Source of the DNA: Bispira polyomma
Taxonomy: Eukaryota
Assembly: GCA_965649765.1 (NCBI GenBank)
Contig: OZ287752.1
Span: 76,632,001 to 76,696,000 of the forward strand
Direction: 5' to 3'
DNA: 64,000 bases
A program made the translations under genes and the position numbers. Below, piece by piece: positions 11,476 to 23,798 of the stretch. Position 1 is the first letter of the stretch. Each line of letters begins with the position of its first letter. Below the pieces are notes generated by a model that was not told the DNA's origin, ran no database searches, and was given only the letters and a program-made list of their open reading frames with translations.

Positions 11476-13500
11476 ATTGTCCACGTACTTGTGTTAGTTA
11501 TAACAGAATGTGGGTGTATCCCATGCCCCACAGAAGGCGCAAATATCCAAGGCAAAATTCTGGACTACTCTACAGGACTGCCCATAGCAAGTGCCATTAT
11601 AACAGCCACTGGCTTCGATAATACCTCATCTGATTCATACGGCAGCTTCTTTCTGGTGCTATCTGACACACAAGACAGCCGGCATGTACAGCTTATTGCT
11701 ACTCACATCCATTACACAGATTTACCCAGATATATTGCCATTTCACAACCAGGACAGTCACATATTGAGATCTTTCAAATGATCAAAAAAGAAGAACCTA
11801 TACAAATTGAGTCATCTGAGGACTCTACCCTGCCGCTCTTTGGAAGTTCTCCATCAGCCAAAAGGAAAAGAGCTGCAATAGGAAAAACAGGTAACAAAGA
11901 GCAACACAGATTTAGTGCTAATATTACTATTCCAGAGGACAGTTTTCTACAATTGGATGGCTCACAATATGATGGTAGTGTGAATGCCTCAATCACAAGT
12001 ATTGATACGTCTGACTTTAACGCCATGATAAACGCTCCAGCTGAGATGAGCTACATCAATAATAACGGTGATTTTCAGCCTTTAAGAGGTTATGCTTTGT
12101 TCACGTTAAACTTCATTGGTGCTTTAGTGGGAGAGAGACTGCAACTCCGACATAATATCTGTATTACAATGGAGCTACCTTATAGACTAAATAGTGAAGC
12201 AGCAATGTTTATGTACAATGATAAGTCAGCATCATGGGACAAGAACATTCAACTAAATGTGACTGAAATTGGCACTTCTATTACATCAATATCAGGATCG
12301 TTTTTTCTTCAGCATGATATTTCTTGGTTAATGATTGCCTCCGAGGTGGTATTAGATAACATTTGTTTCTCTAAGATCAAAGTCTATGAAACTAATAACT
12401 ATGATATCCCTGTGACTGACATACCCAATATTAAAATCATTGTCAATGACCAACCCAGTGGCAGTGTTCCAAATTATGGTGAGATTTCGAGTTTTAGGGC
12501 CATCTCAGATTCAGAAAATATTGAAGGATATTGCATTGCACACTCTTGTCAAAGAACCTCATCAGTACGACATTACACAGGTTTTTTTACAGCTGTAGGT
12601 GGAGTGAACTCTGATGTACCTTATCTAACACCAGCTCTAAATCATGAGGGAATCACAAATCAAACCGCAGAGCTTATTGACTATGATATTGATGACATTG
12701 CTGGTATACCACTAATCAGAGCCAAATTAAATTACAACATCATTCCAAAAGGTAACTATGGACCATATTACGACCAACATGATTACAACTGGCAACGATC
12801 AGATACCTGTTCGAAAATTCCTGAAGATCACTTCCGGTTTTACCTTAATAATGCTACCAGTGAAGATGAATCCTGCATCAAAGAAACTGAATTTAGCGTA
12901 CAGGAGGATGTACTGTCAGCCACAGACCCGGAACATATGAACAATCTGGCTTGGTTCAGCAGATCCCAGCGATCCCTGTATGACACCTGTTATGTGAAGG
13001 TATTGGTATCAAGTCCAGAACCGGTTTCCATAAGGGCTCTTAGTAAAGTCGGTAATATCTCTCACGGTGAGGACATCATTGCAGGGGAAACTCTGTATGG
13101 GTTTAGAGATAAATGTCAGCTTGGTGCCATGTGCCTGGAAGTGAAACATCCTGGAAAGGTGGCAGACGGTCAGATGGACTATACCCGCATTGAAATATCA
13201 CATCTAAGAAGTACAGGTAGTGATCTAGCTTGCAGCCTAACCGATATCAAGTGGGAAATAACTGCTGCCTATGGAGAATATATAACTACTTCACCAGGTA
13301 ACCCAGAGTTTCATATGTATTTGAAGAATTCTCCATTTGGGCCAACATTTGGTGTCTACTGTGTCAAAAGTGAGCAAAATAAGCAAACTGCGAGGAATAA
13401 AGCCAAGGCTATGTGTTACAGGGGGGATTATGATGATTCTCTAACTCTACTTGAGAAAGAAAATAGCGTCAATTGGGCTGTGAAATTTGATTGTCAATGA
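11476..13500 (+). CDS. Terminal exon of CILP-like paralog A (upstream exons not in window)
   Basis: Acceptor tttcag| at 11475, phase 0, intact 674 codons. Collinear with exon 9 of the 30737-41004 gene. Furin-type site KRKR at 11860-11871. AATAAA at 13600. Confidence 0.88.
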   Translation: MVHVLVLVITECGCIPCPTEGANIQGKILDYSTGLPIASAIITATGFDNTSSDSYGSFFLVLSDTQDSRHVQLIATHIHYTDLPRYIAISQPGQSHIEIFQMIKKEEPIQIESSEDSTLPLFGSSPSAKRKRAAIGKTGNKEQHRFSANITIPEDSFLQLDGSQYDGSVNASITSIDTSDFNAMINAPAEMSYINNNGDFQPLRGYALFTLNFIGALVGERLQLRHNICITMELPYRLNSEAAMFMYNDKSASWDKNIQLNVTEIGTSITSISGSFFLQHDISWLMIASEVVLDNICFSKIKVYETNNYDIPVTDIPNIKIIVNDQPSGSVPNYGEISSFRAISDSENIEGYCIAHSCQRTSSVRHYTGFFTAVGGVNSDVPYLTPALNHEGITNQTAELIDYDIDDIAGIPLIRAKLNYNIIPKGNYGPYYDQHDYNWQRSDTCSKIPEDHFRFYLNNATSEDESCIKETEFSVQEDVLSATDPEHMNNLAWFSRSQRSLYDTCYVKVLVSSPEPVSIRALSKVGNISHGEDIIAGETLYGFRDKCQLGAMCLEVKHPGKVADGQMDYTRIEISHLRSTGSDLACSLTDIKWEITAAYGEYITTSPGNPEFHMYLKNSPFGPTFGVYCVKSEQNKQTARNKAKAMCYRGDYDDSLTLLEKENSVNWAVKFDCQ

Positions 13501-13599
13501 CGCAATAGACAGAGAACAGTGCCTTAATCTCATTTTCAGATAAGAGGGTGTTTTATCAATCTTCCATAAACTTACATCAAATTACAAAATACTAGTTAT

Positions 13600-13605
13600 A
13601 ATAAA
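13600..13605 (+). terminator. Putative polyadenylation signal of paralog A
   Basis: AATAAA ~100 nt after the stop codon, at the homologous position in paralog B (41111). Confidence 0.6.
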
Positions 13606-14750
13606 AAAGTATTTTTTGTGTGTTTCAGCTACATGTGATTATAATTTGTAAATGTATGATTACCCACCCCAATGTTGTAAGTAAGATTTTATGGAAGCAC
13701 GAAGTATTAATCTGAAAAAAAGTTCAAGTTACATTATGTGAATGCAGAGAGTAAGTGAAGTCACTGAATTTCAATTGGTAAACCTAGGTCAAACCCTTAG
13801 AATCCCTGTACAAATTTCAACTTTCCTCGAGTCTATAAAAATCTGACCATGCAGTTCAAGCCTAATGATGTAGGAATTTCCTATGAGACAGATTGGCGGT
13901 TGTGACCTAGTTGTTATAAGTGTCTGCATTAATATCACTAGCCTCTCACCAATGAAGACAATGGTTTCAACTAGTTCCTACACCAAGGAAAGATTAATTA
14001 CTGAAGGCCAGAGGAGACCAATACAAATAGTACTGGTATCCTCCACAGGTAAATCTGGCTTTTAAAGTATTAAAAAAGATGTTGAGTGGGATTCTAACTT
14101 ACAACCTTACATTAACTCCCGTTCAGTACTAGCATTTTATCTTTTTTTGGGACATTATTCAAACTGACATTCGGGTATCAGGTCTCCCCCAAACACAGGT
14201 AAAACACCAAACAAATATGGAAGGAAGTTAAATAAAGAATATTGTTATGGGGCTGTCCCACTCTCCCGATCATAGCTCCTGACCATCCCGATTATACAAT
14301 TGGAAGCGAATCAGGACAACATTCAGAATATTCGGTAAGTTGTCTGACTTATCGTGGTCACTCAGGACAAACTTAGTCGCTTGTCCCAATTAAATAACAT
14401 GTTAGAAAACGGGGGCTTACGAGTTATCGTTCACTTCTCCTGAGTTATCCTGTCAAATGTTAACAATAGGTCATAAAAAATGCCCCGATTGTAAAGATTG
14501 CTCGGGAAGACAAACAATAGGTCTGGAGGAACAAAGGATAATTCAGGAGTGAAAACGATAACTCGGGCGCAAATTGGGGGCGGGAAGTGGATTGTATAAA
14601 AGGCAGGCGGGACACTCTTCCTTCAACAGAGTCATCCCAGCTTTCAGAGAGGAAACATCGATTTGAAATTTTTATTAGTGATAATTATAACAGGCTTTTA
14701 TTATTTATTATAAAGAATTAGTTAGACTTAGTTTATTAAATATTTCAATC

Positions 14751-16140
14751 ATGCCAGGAAAAAGGAGAGTTACGAAGAAGAGGAGGATACAGCCAGTACA
14801 GGAGGAGGAGAGAGAGTTGAAGGTGAGAGACACAGATAATATTGAGGGGACTATTACCAGAGACTCAACAGTCTGCAATAGACAGTGACACCCTAGAACA
14901 TTTTCACAGTTGAACCAGGAGACACTGGATACCCAGGTAAGCGGGATACACCAGACAGTAAAGTGGCAGCCTTTAGTCGCGAACAGAAGAAGGGGAAGAG
15001 GAGGAAGCTGTGGTCAATTTTCTAAAGGACCATGAGTGACTCTACAATAAACATGATCCACTGTTTAAAGACACTCAGAAAAAGAACATGCTGTGGGAGG
15101 GGTACTGCACGGCCAGGGGATTGGATTACACAGAAGTGATGAAGTGGTTCTAATCCCAGAGGACTATCTTCGGCAAGCAGAGGGTGGCCAAGTCTGGGCA
15201 AGCTGCCTAGAGTTGACCAAGCAACAGCAGCGGGTGAAGACCTACTTCATCTTCCTGAAGCCACATATCAGACGTATCATCAATATCAAGCCTATCGTGT
15301 CAGCTTCTCAGGGGCTGCCCCTCGTGAATCTCCTGGTGTGCTGTCCCACTCCGATAGAGATCAGGGCGAGATGGAGTCGTCCCTCAATGTGGCCTCACCC
15401 AAATCTTCAATAACATATGGATCCAGTACCCCTATCCAGGAGCGACAGTTCAGCATTGAGTGGCACGCATTGGGAGGATGGAAGAGACAATAACAGGGAT
15501 CCTGAAGGAGGCCCAGAAACCCCAAGCTGAAGGAGCACGAGGAGCCTTTTTGAACTGGTTGACTATGGAGGCCAGGAAACTGCCAGAACATTCCTTCCTG
15601 TAGTTCAAGAGGGAAACCTTTAACCTAATAACAACACTCTAGAAAAGGGCAGCAGCTCAAACAGCTCCAACAGCAGCTTTTCAGCCACAGTAACAGCCTT
15701 TTACCCCCTACAGATGGCACCTCCAGCTTACATTCCTCAACCACCACAGCATAGACACTGCATTTATCAACAGCCACTGCCACAACCGCAACGACAAAGA
15801 CTACAGCCTTCTCCACAGTCACAGCCCAGCCCACATGTGATTACAACACTAACATTACCTACATTACCATCATTGCCCAGCACTAGTGGTCTTCAGCATG
15901 TGATATCTGGAGGCAGCGCGACTAGTCGGACTACTGGATCATACTATAACCCAATGTCTTTGAACCCACAGTGAACAGTGACATCCTGAATACCTCGGGA
16001 GCTTCCTCATTTGCCAGAGGCTTTGATTTGAAACCACAGACACCAGCTATCAGAACATTAGGACTGCTCCTGATATTGCTGACATAAGGTTATCAACAGA
16101 CAACACAAGCACAACCACCACCACTTCATCAACAACCACC
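14751..16140 (+). pseudogene. Harbinger MADF/Myb-like DNA-binding protein, disrupted
   Basis: EEEAVVNFLKDHE*LYNKHDPLFKDTQKKNMLWEGYC..RGLDYTEVMKWF*SQRTIFGK (~15000-15177), followed by a Q/P-rich tail. TATAAAA at ~14595 upstream. Confidence 0.8.
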
Positions 16141-16812
16141 GACAACTTGCCACTCCTCTCCTCCTCCGTCAGTCATGTGACCACCAATCTTTTCAGGGTC
16201 ACTTAAATCATCCACAAACATGCTTTGAGCTATTGTTGTAAAAATAATATTTTTTAAAAACCCTCATGACAAGAAGCAAACTGACCCCACAAAATATACT
16301 TGCCCCCACACACAAGAATAAAAATCATTTCTAAAATATCAAACATACGAAAGCCCTTCCAAATAAAATCCCAGTTATAGTATAAAGCCCTTCCAAATGA
16401 AATCCCCTTTATAATATGAAGCCCTTCCAAATATAATCCCTTTTAAATTTGAAAACCCATTCAAGTAGGAGTCTTTTAAGATGATTTCCCCTTAAAATAG
16501 TTCTATTTGAAGCCGTTAACAATGTTAAAGAACTGAGAAATTTATTTTGATGGTGTCCAAATAAAAGGGGAAATAATTTAACAGACTTCTATACAAGGGA
16601 TTAGACCACTATTTTTGACTTGGTTTCAAAATAAAAGGGGATAGTTCTACTTTAAGAATGGATTTTACAAGTTTGTACAAGGGTTTGGACAGTTATGAAT
16701 TTAATTTCATAAGGTATGTAGGGTGGGGGTGGGTTGGGGGGGTGGTAATGTGGTTATGTTCTTGGATGTTTTGGGAAGCCAATTGTTGTTTTTTTCTGCT
16801 CAAGGGAGGCTT

Positions 16813-18060
16813 CAAACACAGTCGTTCTGTTATGGCACTGCCCCTTCGTTCATAAAGTAATCCATCAGGGCATCTCTCTGTTCCTTGGCTACTCAGCTAT
16901 GATTTCTGATGTAAACTGGGTTGTGTTAATTTTCCAGCAGTGCATTCTGTGGGAGGGGGAGGGGGGTCATCTGCTGGGTTTGTGTGCTCTCCTCCCTGGT
17001 TGATATTTGCACTTCTGAGCAAGTTTGTGAAGGACTACATAGGCTAGGGTTAAGGTGGCTACCACAGGTGGTTCCTGCTGCATCGTCGAGAGCAAAAGTC
17101 TAAACCTCACCACTAATATTTCAAAGACATTCTCCACCACCCTTTTGCCCTGAGATATCCTGTAGTTAAACATGCATTGATTGGGGTCCGGCCCTTGTCT
17201 GGAAAAGGGTTTCATTATCCAAATTTTTAAGGCAAATTTGTGGTCTCCTATGATGAAATAGGTGGTGGGTGGCCTACCAGGGCTTATGGGTTGAGGAGCA
17301 GGAAAGTTGATACACTGGTCTTCAATCTTTTCCTTCAATTCAGATAGGTTGAAAATCTTGGAACCAGACCAGGAGCCACTGGAACCCAGGTCCACCTATA
17401 TGAAGCGGTACTCAGCAATAACCAGGCCCAGCACAAAGATGGAGTGGAATCACTTGTAGTTGAAGTACTCACTCCCCCCTTTCTTGGACATCTCATTGCT
17501 ATGTGTTTGCCATCTATGGCACCCAGAGCATTGGGGATATTCCAGCTGTCTCTGTATACAGCTGCGACCTTGGGGAGGTGGGGCAGCAGAGAAATTCCTC
17601 CTGGAATTTATCTATGCTAGCCTGGCAAACCTCAGAAACAAACGTGGTGATGGTTGACCAAATGTCTTAAAGTTATTGCAATCTTCAGTCCAGGGGACAG
17701 TGCTTTGCAGTACCAGGTCGTGTTTTTCCCAATCCGGTGGGCCACCCTCCTCTCCAAACCCGAGGTCATCCTCAAAGAGTTCCTATAAGACCATACATAT
17801 TGAGTCTCCATACATGGCAGAAGTGCAGAGTTGTGACTGTGCTTTTTCCTATCCCTGAGCAATGGTTTTATCCAGAACCTCCTTCGTGCTCTGCCTCTTC
17901 GGATTCCTACATTAATATCCTAATTCTGATTCTGTGCTAGTATGTGATTTTGTCTTCTTCTTCGACCCTGATAATCTGTAAATGCAAGTAATTGTATCTG
18001 CATAAATGCTAATAAAGCTTGTAGAATTCCAACCATATCTTTTATGATATGTGGTATCAT
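16813..18060 (-). pseudogene. Harbinger (HARBI1-like, DDE_Tnp_4) transposase, disrupted
   Basis: RRFWIKPLL, ALGAIDGKHI, YFNYK*FHSI, IIGDHKFAL..IMKPF, FNYRISQGKRVVENVFEIL..RF motifs. Confidence 0.9.
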
Positions 18061-18419
18061 GTTGCTCAATTGACTTCTCAATAAAAACTGTCTGGATTTG
18101 TGAGCTCTGCCCCTTTACATATGGTTTTGGAGACGAATCGGGTGGTTCTGTACGTCTCCCGATTGCAAAATTGAAAGATCTATCTTATCAGCGACCTAGC
18201 AGGATCGAGGTAGCGACCTGTTGGGAATGACAGCAACCTATCTTTACAATTGTAAGTAGTTGTACCGACATATCTTTGTCAATTGGGTGGATATATTTGG
18301 TTTGTACGAGTCAAATCCCCAATTTTACAGGATCTATAGGGTCTTGTTCCCGACCTATCCTTATAATCATTAACCAATACAATTATAGTCGTGTGATGTG
18401 AATTTTCTTGACGTAAATT

Positions 18420-19720
18420 TTTTTGCTCCAGACCTAGTGGCATCATCTTCCAGCTATGGACATTAACTTCCTTGGAGTTGTTACCCTCACTTCCAATGTA
18501 AAAACTGTCTTTTCTTGTAACAAATTGATTTCCTTCGGAGTTGGATAGGCTACCATTTTGTTAGTCAAACGGGTACCCTAGAAATTCCATGTTTTGGGAT
18601 GATGTTAATTGTTTTTTTATCTCAGCCAATTGTTCATGTACTGATCAATCCTTAAGCCCTTAGCTAAAGCCATCCTTTGCTACCCTTGTGAATTTTAAAG
18701 GACCTGTAGTGATTCTGAATGGAATCGAAGTGAATGCATCTGTAAGGTCAAGGCCTTGCCTTTTTGTAACGAATTCCAAATCGTTTCCACAGTTTCCATT
18801 TTGAAAATTGAGTTATGTACATACCGCTTTACCTGGCTTAAAGCTGTTACTGGTCGACCATTTATTGCCTGGCTTTTGTATAACAAACTGCCGACAGTGA
18901 AACCCTAAGGATGTGCTCTTCTTGACAGGAAGTACAGCCTTTTGTCGATTATTCGATAAACTGCTTCCATCATAAACTGCTGTTTCTCCCTGTTATGATA
19001 TTTGGTTTTTGTCATTGGAAACTATGATAAAAGTGGAAGATTTTTAAAATTAAGTAATAGCCTTCCTTCAAAATGAGCACAACCATTGGATGAGCATTTA
19101 ATTTCTCCCATACTTGTCAAAAGATAGACAAACAGCCTCCTGGACTTTCTCCTGGCCAATCTTCCACCCCTGTTGGATGACCTGGCTAAGGAATAGAACC
19201 CTTGTCACTCTTGATTCAGAGTGAGCTGAGAGTTTCATGTAGTGATGAAAAATGCCTCTTTATTCTCCCGTTTTGTCCTTTCTTGATTCAATACATCTGA
19301 AAGTATTATCATCCTAAGGCCTGTAAGAACCAGACACAGATGTATCCCTAATCACATAAGACCACTGGATGAATTTCTGTTGCACCTCAAACGACTTATT
19401 CACAGGAAAAAGTTAATTGGATGTGAAAAACGAGTTCCTCAATATCTGTATACCTTATTGTTAGAACATAACTTCCAAAATTAACTCTCCTATTTAAACA
19501 CATGTTGGCAGTCATTGTCATGTAACTTTCCAACAAATTATCCATAGCCTTTCGTAGAGTTAAAAAAGTAGTTGAAGGTTGATCAAGTGAGGAAGTAATA
19601 TTTCTGAAGGCATCCAGCTCCTCTGGAGTAGCAATGGTTGAGGCTGTGAATATCAGATATCATCTCATGGCTGGGTTTTTTCCATGAGCTTACCTCTAGT
19701 CAAAGCATTCCTTCTGAATG
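18420..19720 (-). mobile_element. DIRS-like retrotransposon RT fragment, degraded
   Basis: Across frameshifts: GGRL..W..L.EGY, LGFHCRQFVIQKPGNKW/RPVTALS, FKMETVETI, LDLTDAF, LRIDQYMNNWL (YLDDWL-like), QNMEFLGY, MPLG. This order is typical of DIRS1 RT. Confidence 0.7.
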
Positions 19721-20234
19721 TTTTATTGGTAGCCTTTGGCTTCTCAGATGTTTCATATTCTTTTAACATGTGATCATGGTGGCATACATGTTGTTATTGT
19801 AACAATATGGTATTGTTGTAAGTGTGTAGTAATTAGTAGCTGTCGATATGTAATGAAAATGTGTGACACTGTGTCATGTGTAGTTAAGGTTGCATACATG
19901 TTGTTACTAATAAATATGCTATATATGTTTATCACAAAACAATTACAGTATTCTCACGCTTCATTCAGAAGGTCAAGATGTAAATTTTTGGAGGAATTTG
20001 AGAAACCCACTAGAAATACTTTCTAAATCTAGAAAAGACTAATCATAATGTTAAACACATTCGTGCTCTAATGCACAATGGCAAAATATTTACTAAGCCT
20101 GACGATATTCTTTATATTCAAAACATACTTCTCAAAACTATACTCTGAATTGAATACAAATTTAGAAATAAACACAACTTAATGTGAAACATATCTAATG
20201 TAAAGCTTAAACTGCTCAAAACTGCTTAGAACTT

Positions 20235-20640
20235 GTGTGGCATAAATTTGTCATAAACGGGGGAGATCTGTTCAAAACTGGGCATATCCTGGGCATAAAT
20301 GGGGCTAAACGGGGGATGCAAATAAACATTTTCCCCGCCATTCTCTCCTGATCAGCCAAGTTTTAATGTTTGGGAGTAAACTGGTATAAACGTGGCGTGA
20401 ACTTGGTCAGTGTGAACCCTACATAAAGGGGTTCACGCAGTTCAAGTTCACACACCGGCATCGCCCCGGCTAGCTGTTTAATCAAGATCTGAAGAACTTG
20501 GCTAATCGGGAGAGAAAATGCGGGAAAATGTTCATTTGCATATATTTACTTTCCTGTTTATGTCTCGTTTACCCCCTGCTTTTAGCCCATTTATGCCCAG
20601 TTTATATAACATTTTCTCCAGTTTTCTCAAGTTGGGCTAG
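20235..20640. repeat. Imperfect palindrome made of two head-to-head ends of a Harbinger-like non-autonomous element
   Basis: atgcaaataaacattttccccgccattctctcctgatcagccaagtt (~20316) is the reverse complement of aacttggctaatcgggagagaaaatgcgggaaaatgttcatttgcat (~20495). Centre gtgtgaaccct-acataa-aggggttcac. Same family as 22919-23432. Confidence 0.7.
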
Positions 20641-21319
20641 TTTTCAATCCTTATCCACTCTTAAGTTTTGCTAGTTTTCCTGGCCAATCTTAAGATTGGC
20701 TAGTAAGATGGGCTGGTGGTCCATCTCAAGATAGGCTGGCAAACTTATAATCCTAAATTGGGCTATAGCTCATCTTAAGGTTGGCTAAATTGTAAGTTGG
20801 GCTACAACATTTACAATGACAAAAATTTATCCGCCATTAAATACAATATGTTATGTATTAATAAATAGTAGAATTATTTAGAATACATGTGTTTTTCCCA
20901 TTTTTGCCTTTCTTCTCTCACATTTATGTACATACAATATTACATATAATACTGAATTGGCAATATTGTCCCATATTTGGCATAACATATAAAATGCAAG
21001 CAGTGAAAAGTTCACACTGTCACTTGGCTACAAATGGGATCATAGTTTGATCGCTGTGTTAAGCCCAATCACAGAAGGAAGAATAAACATATTAAATATT
21101 TCTATACATACAATGGCCATAATATTTGGTGGAATCATAAATAAATGCCATATCTATTAGTTGAGCCATTAACATTTAAAAAATGTTGAAAACTTATAGA
21201 GGTTCAAAGTCCAAAATATGCCTAAATTAGGACCATCATTTGATAAACGCTTCTATCTGATAGAAGTAAATCTCTTTGTGAGGTAGTCATTTAACTTGAA
21301 CAAGACATGTAAGTAAAAT

Positions 21320-21945
21320 AAACCAATATTATCTGTCTATCTGTGAACCTATAAGATACAAAAAATCTGTCTACCTATAACCTAAAAAATAATTGTCTTT
21401 CTGTGTTCCAAAATCTTACCAAAAATTATCTGTCGACATATCTATCTAAAAGTAAAATTTAAAAACATTATCTGTCTATCTGTCAACCTATAATTTACAA
21501 AAAAAATTATGTCAACCTGTCTGCCTGTCAACTTAAAAGTAAAATACTAAAAAGTATCTATCCGTCGACCTGTCATCCTGTTTGTCTAAAAGGGAAATAA
21601 CAAAATATTATCTGTCGACTTGTCAACCTATAACTACATAAATATATATATATATATATATATCTACCTAGAACTTAAAAAACAATTATTAGTCGACCTG
21701 TCTACAAAAAATTTCCAAAAAAAAAACCATTGTAAGTTACCAAAAAAATTGCCTATTAAGTTACAAAAAAAATCATCTGTCATCCTGTCTACCTATAACT
21801 TTTAAAAAATTGATCTGTTAACCTGTCTACCTAAAAGTAAAATAAAACAAATATTGTCTGTCTATCCGTCGACCTGTCAACATATAAGTTACAAAATCAA
21901 TAATCTATCTGTCGACCTGTCATCCTGTAACCTATCATCCTGTGA
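21320..21945. repeat. Degenerate tandem array of ctgtc(g/t/a)ac / acctataa motifs
   Basis: Many interspersed copies of tctgtctatctgtcaacctataa-like units separated by A-tracts. Confidence 0.7.
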
Positions 21946-22918
21946 CTTGCATTACAGTCTTTTAGAAAATTAGTAATATGTATTCTTGTAGAATGTGTAA
22001 CAGCTGTGACGAATAAAGCATAAAAATGTGAATGAAGTGTTTGTTTTCTCCGTCCTACCAAACCTGGACTTTATCCCTAATTCGGTTGATGACACTAGTG
22101 ATACAACTCATTTTCAGTTTTAGCACCGCCTTTAACAACACAACATAATATCAAAAGTTATACCTAGAATAATATTAAAAATATCTCTTGGTACATACTT
22201 AATATGAATTAACTATGCTTTGTTATGTTTTGTCCCTGTAAATTTGCTCGTTAGTTTGTTTGATTGTCAGAAAAAAATATGCTGAATCGATTTTTACCAA
22301 GCTTAATTGGTGGAAGGTCTAGGGCATGAACCAAGGAAAAAGCCATTAAATTTGGATGCAAATCGGGATTTTTACCTTATGCCTAAAAAAAATAATCGAA
22401 AATGCTTGTTTTGCTCATATAAATTATTCATTCACTTTTGATGTGTTGTCAGCTAGCAGTGGTGAGCATTTGTTGCTGCCAGAATCTGTCTGTCTGCAAG
22501 CACTTAACACCCCTAAAATATTTTAATTTTCTTTTACTTACTCGCAATAGGAATTTGTTGGTACAGCAGAATCCACTGTTTAGAAAAAAATTTAAGAAGT
22601 TGTTACAGAATGCCGAAAGTTGTAGCTGGTAAAACTAAAAATCTGCAAGCATCAACAATCATACAAATTTATTTACAGCATTTAAAAATACCTGAAGTAC
22701 CAAATCATAAAATGTTTTACAAGATATAGAATTACGTGTTACTGTTATTTTTCTATTGTTGAACTTTCCTTGAAATAGTTTTTATCTATACAGTCATATA
22801 CAATACTTATTGGGTTCCTTCAACTATGTACACCAAAATTATTTGATCAACAATAAACAATGGTTTTTAAACATGGTATCTCTATTTTTATCATCAATGA
22901 ATTACCAGCCATACTTAT

Positions 22919-23432
22919 GGTGCATTCACATAGTCCAAATTCAGGCCCCGGCATCGCCCCAGCATTGCCCTTTACTCAAGACCTGAATAACTTAGCTGAA
23001 CTTTGCCGATCGGGCGGGAAAAGGTGGGAAAATGTATATTTGCATTTGCGTTCCCCGTTTTTGACCTGTTTTAGACCCATTTTTGACTCGTTTTAGACCC
23101 GTTTATGCCCAGGTTAGGTTACGTTTTCTCAAGTTCTCTCCAGTTCTTGTCAGATCACACAAGTTCAGTTCAACTCCCGTTTACGCCCCGGCATCACCCC
23201 AGCATTGCCGTTTTCTCAAGTTCTCTCAAGTTATATCAAGAGGTGCTTTCAGAGTCATCCACCCACGGAAGTTTTGAACATGTTTAAAATTTATGGGCGT
23301 AACCCCCTTTCTTGCCGTTCGCCCCAGTTAGCCTTAGTTCTACCCTTGTTTAAGCCCAGTTCTCAAACGTTTGTTCAAGTTCTCAGCACGGGTGAAGAAA
23401 AGATCAGAGAACATGAAAAGTGTGAACGCTCT
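22919..23432. mobile_element. Non-autonomous Harbinger-like element
   Basis: Termini ggtgcattcaca ... tgtgaacgctc; internal ccccggcatc and ttctcaagtt repeats shared with 20428-20640. Confidence 0.6.
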
Positions 23433-23798
23433 TTTATGCACACAGGATGAAGTACCTACGTGCTGTTTAAAACAATACCTACATTCTAAAGTGGTGCTTC
23501 TTAGTTAAAGTACTCAGTACTATAGATTAGCAGAAAAGAATCAACTTATACTGAGTCATTTCTCTGACTAAAACCAAGATTACAATACTTATCTTTTGTC
23601 TGTATAAAAGGATCATTTAAGTCTTGCCAGTGTAAGATGGTAATAATCAGTTAATTTGTACTTATGTTTTGACATTATTAAGTTTAGAGTAATTTCCATT
23701 ATTTAGTCAACTAGCTTAATTGACAGCACCATCACGCTCTCATCAATCAGTACAAATCTGTACTTTGACCAACAGATGACATCACCACTGTATTGCGA

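Larger units (their letters stand above)
11315..14132 (+). repeat. Duplicated block (intron end + terminal exon + 3' flank including a decayed SINE), paralogous to 38807-41702
   Basis: Direct visual alignment of intron, exon and 3' UTR sequences of the two copies. Confidence 0.9.
14160..18390. mobile_element. PIF/Harbinger DNA transposon relic with convergent MADF and DDE transposase genes
   Basis: MADF-like ORF on +, HARBI1-like transposase on -, subterminal ctcccgat/atcggg-type repeats at both ends. Begins close to where paralog homology stops (~14132). Ends are approximate. Confidence 0.85.
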
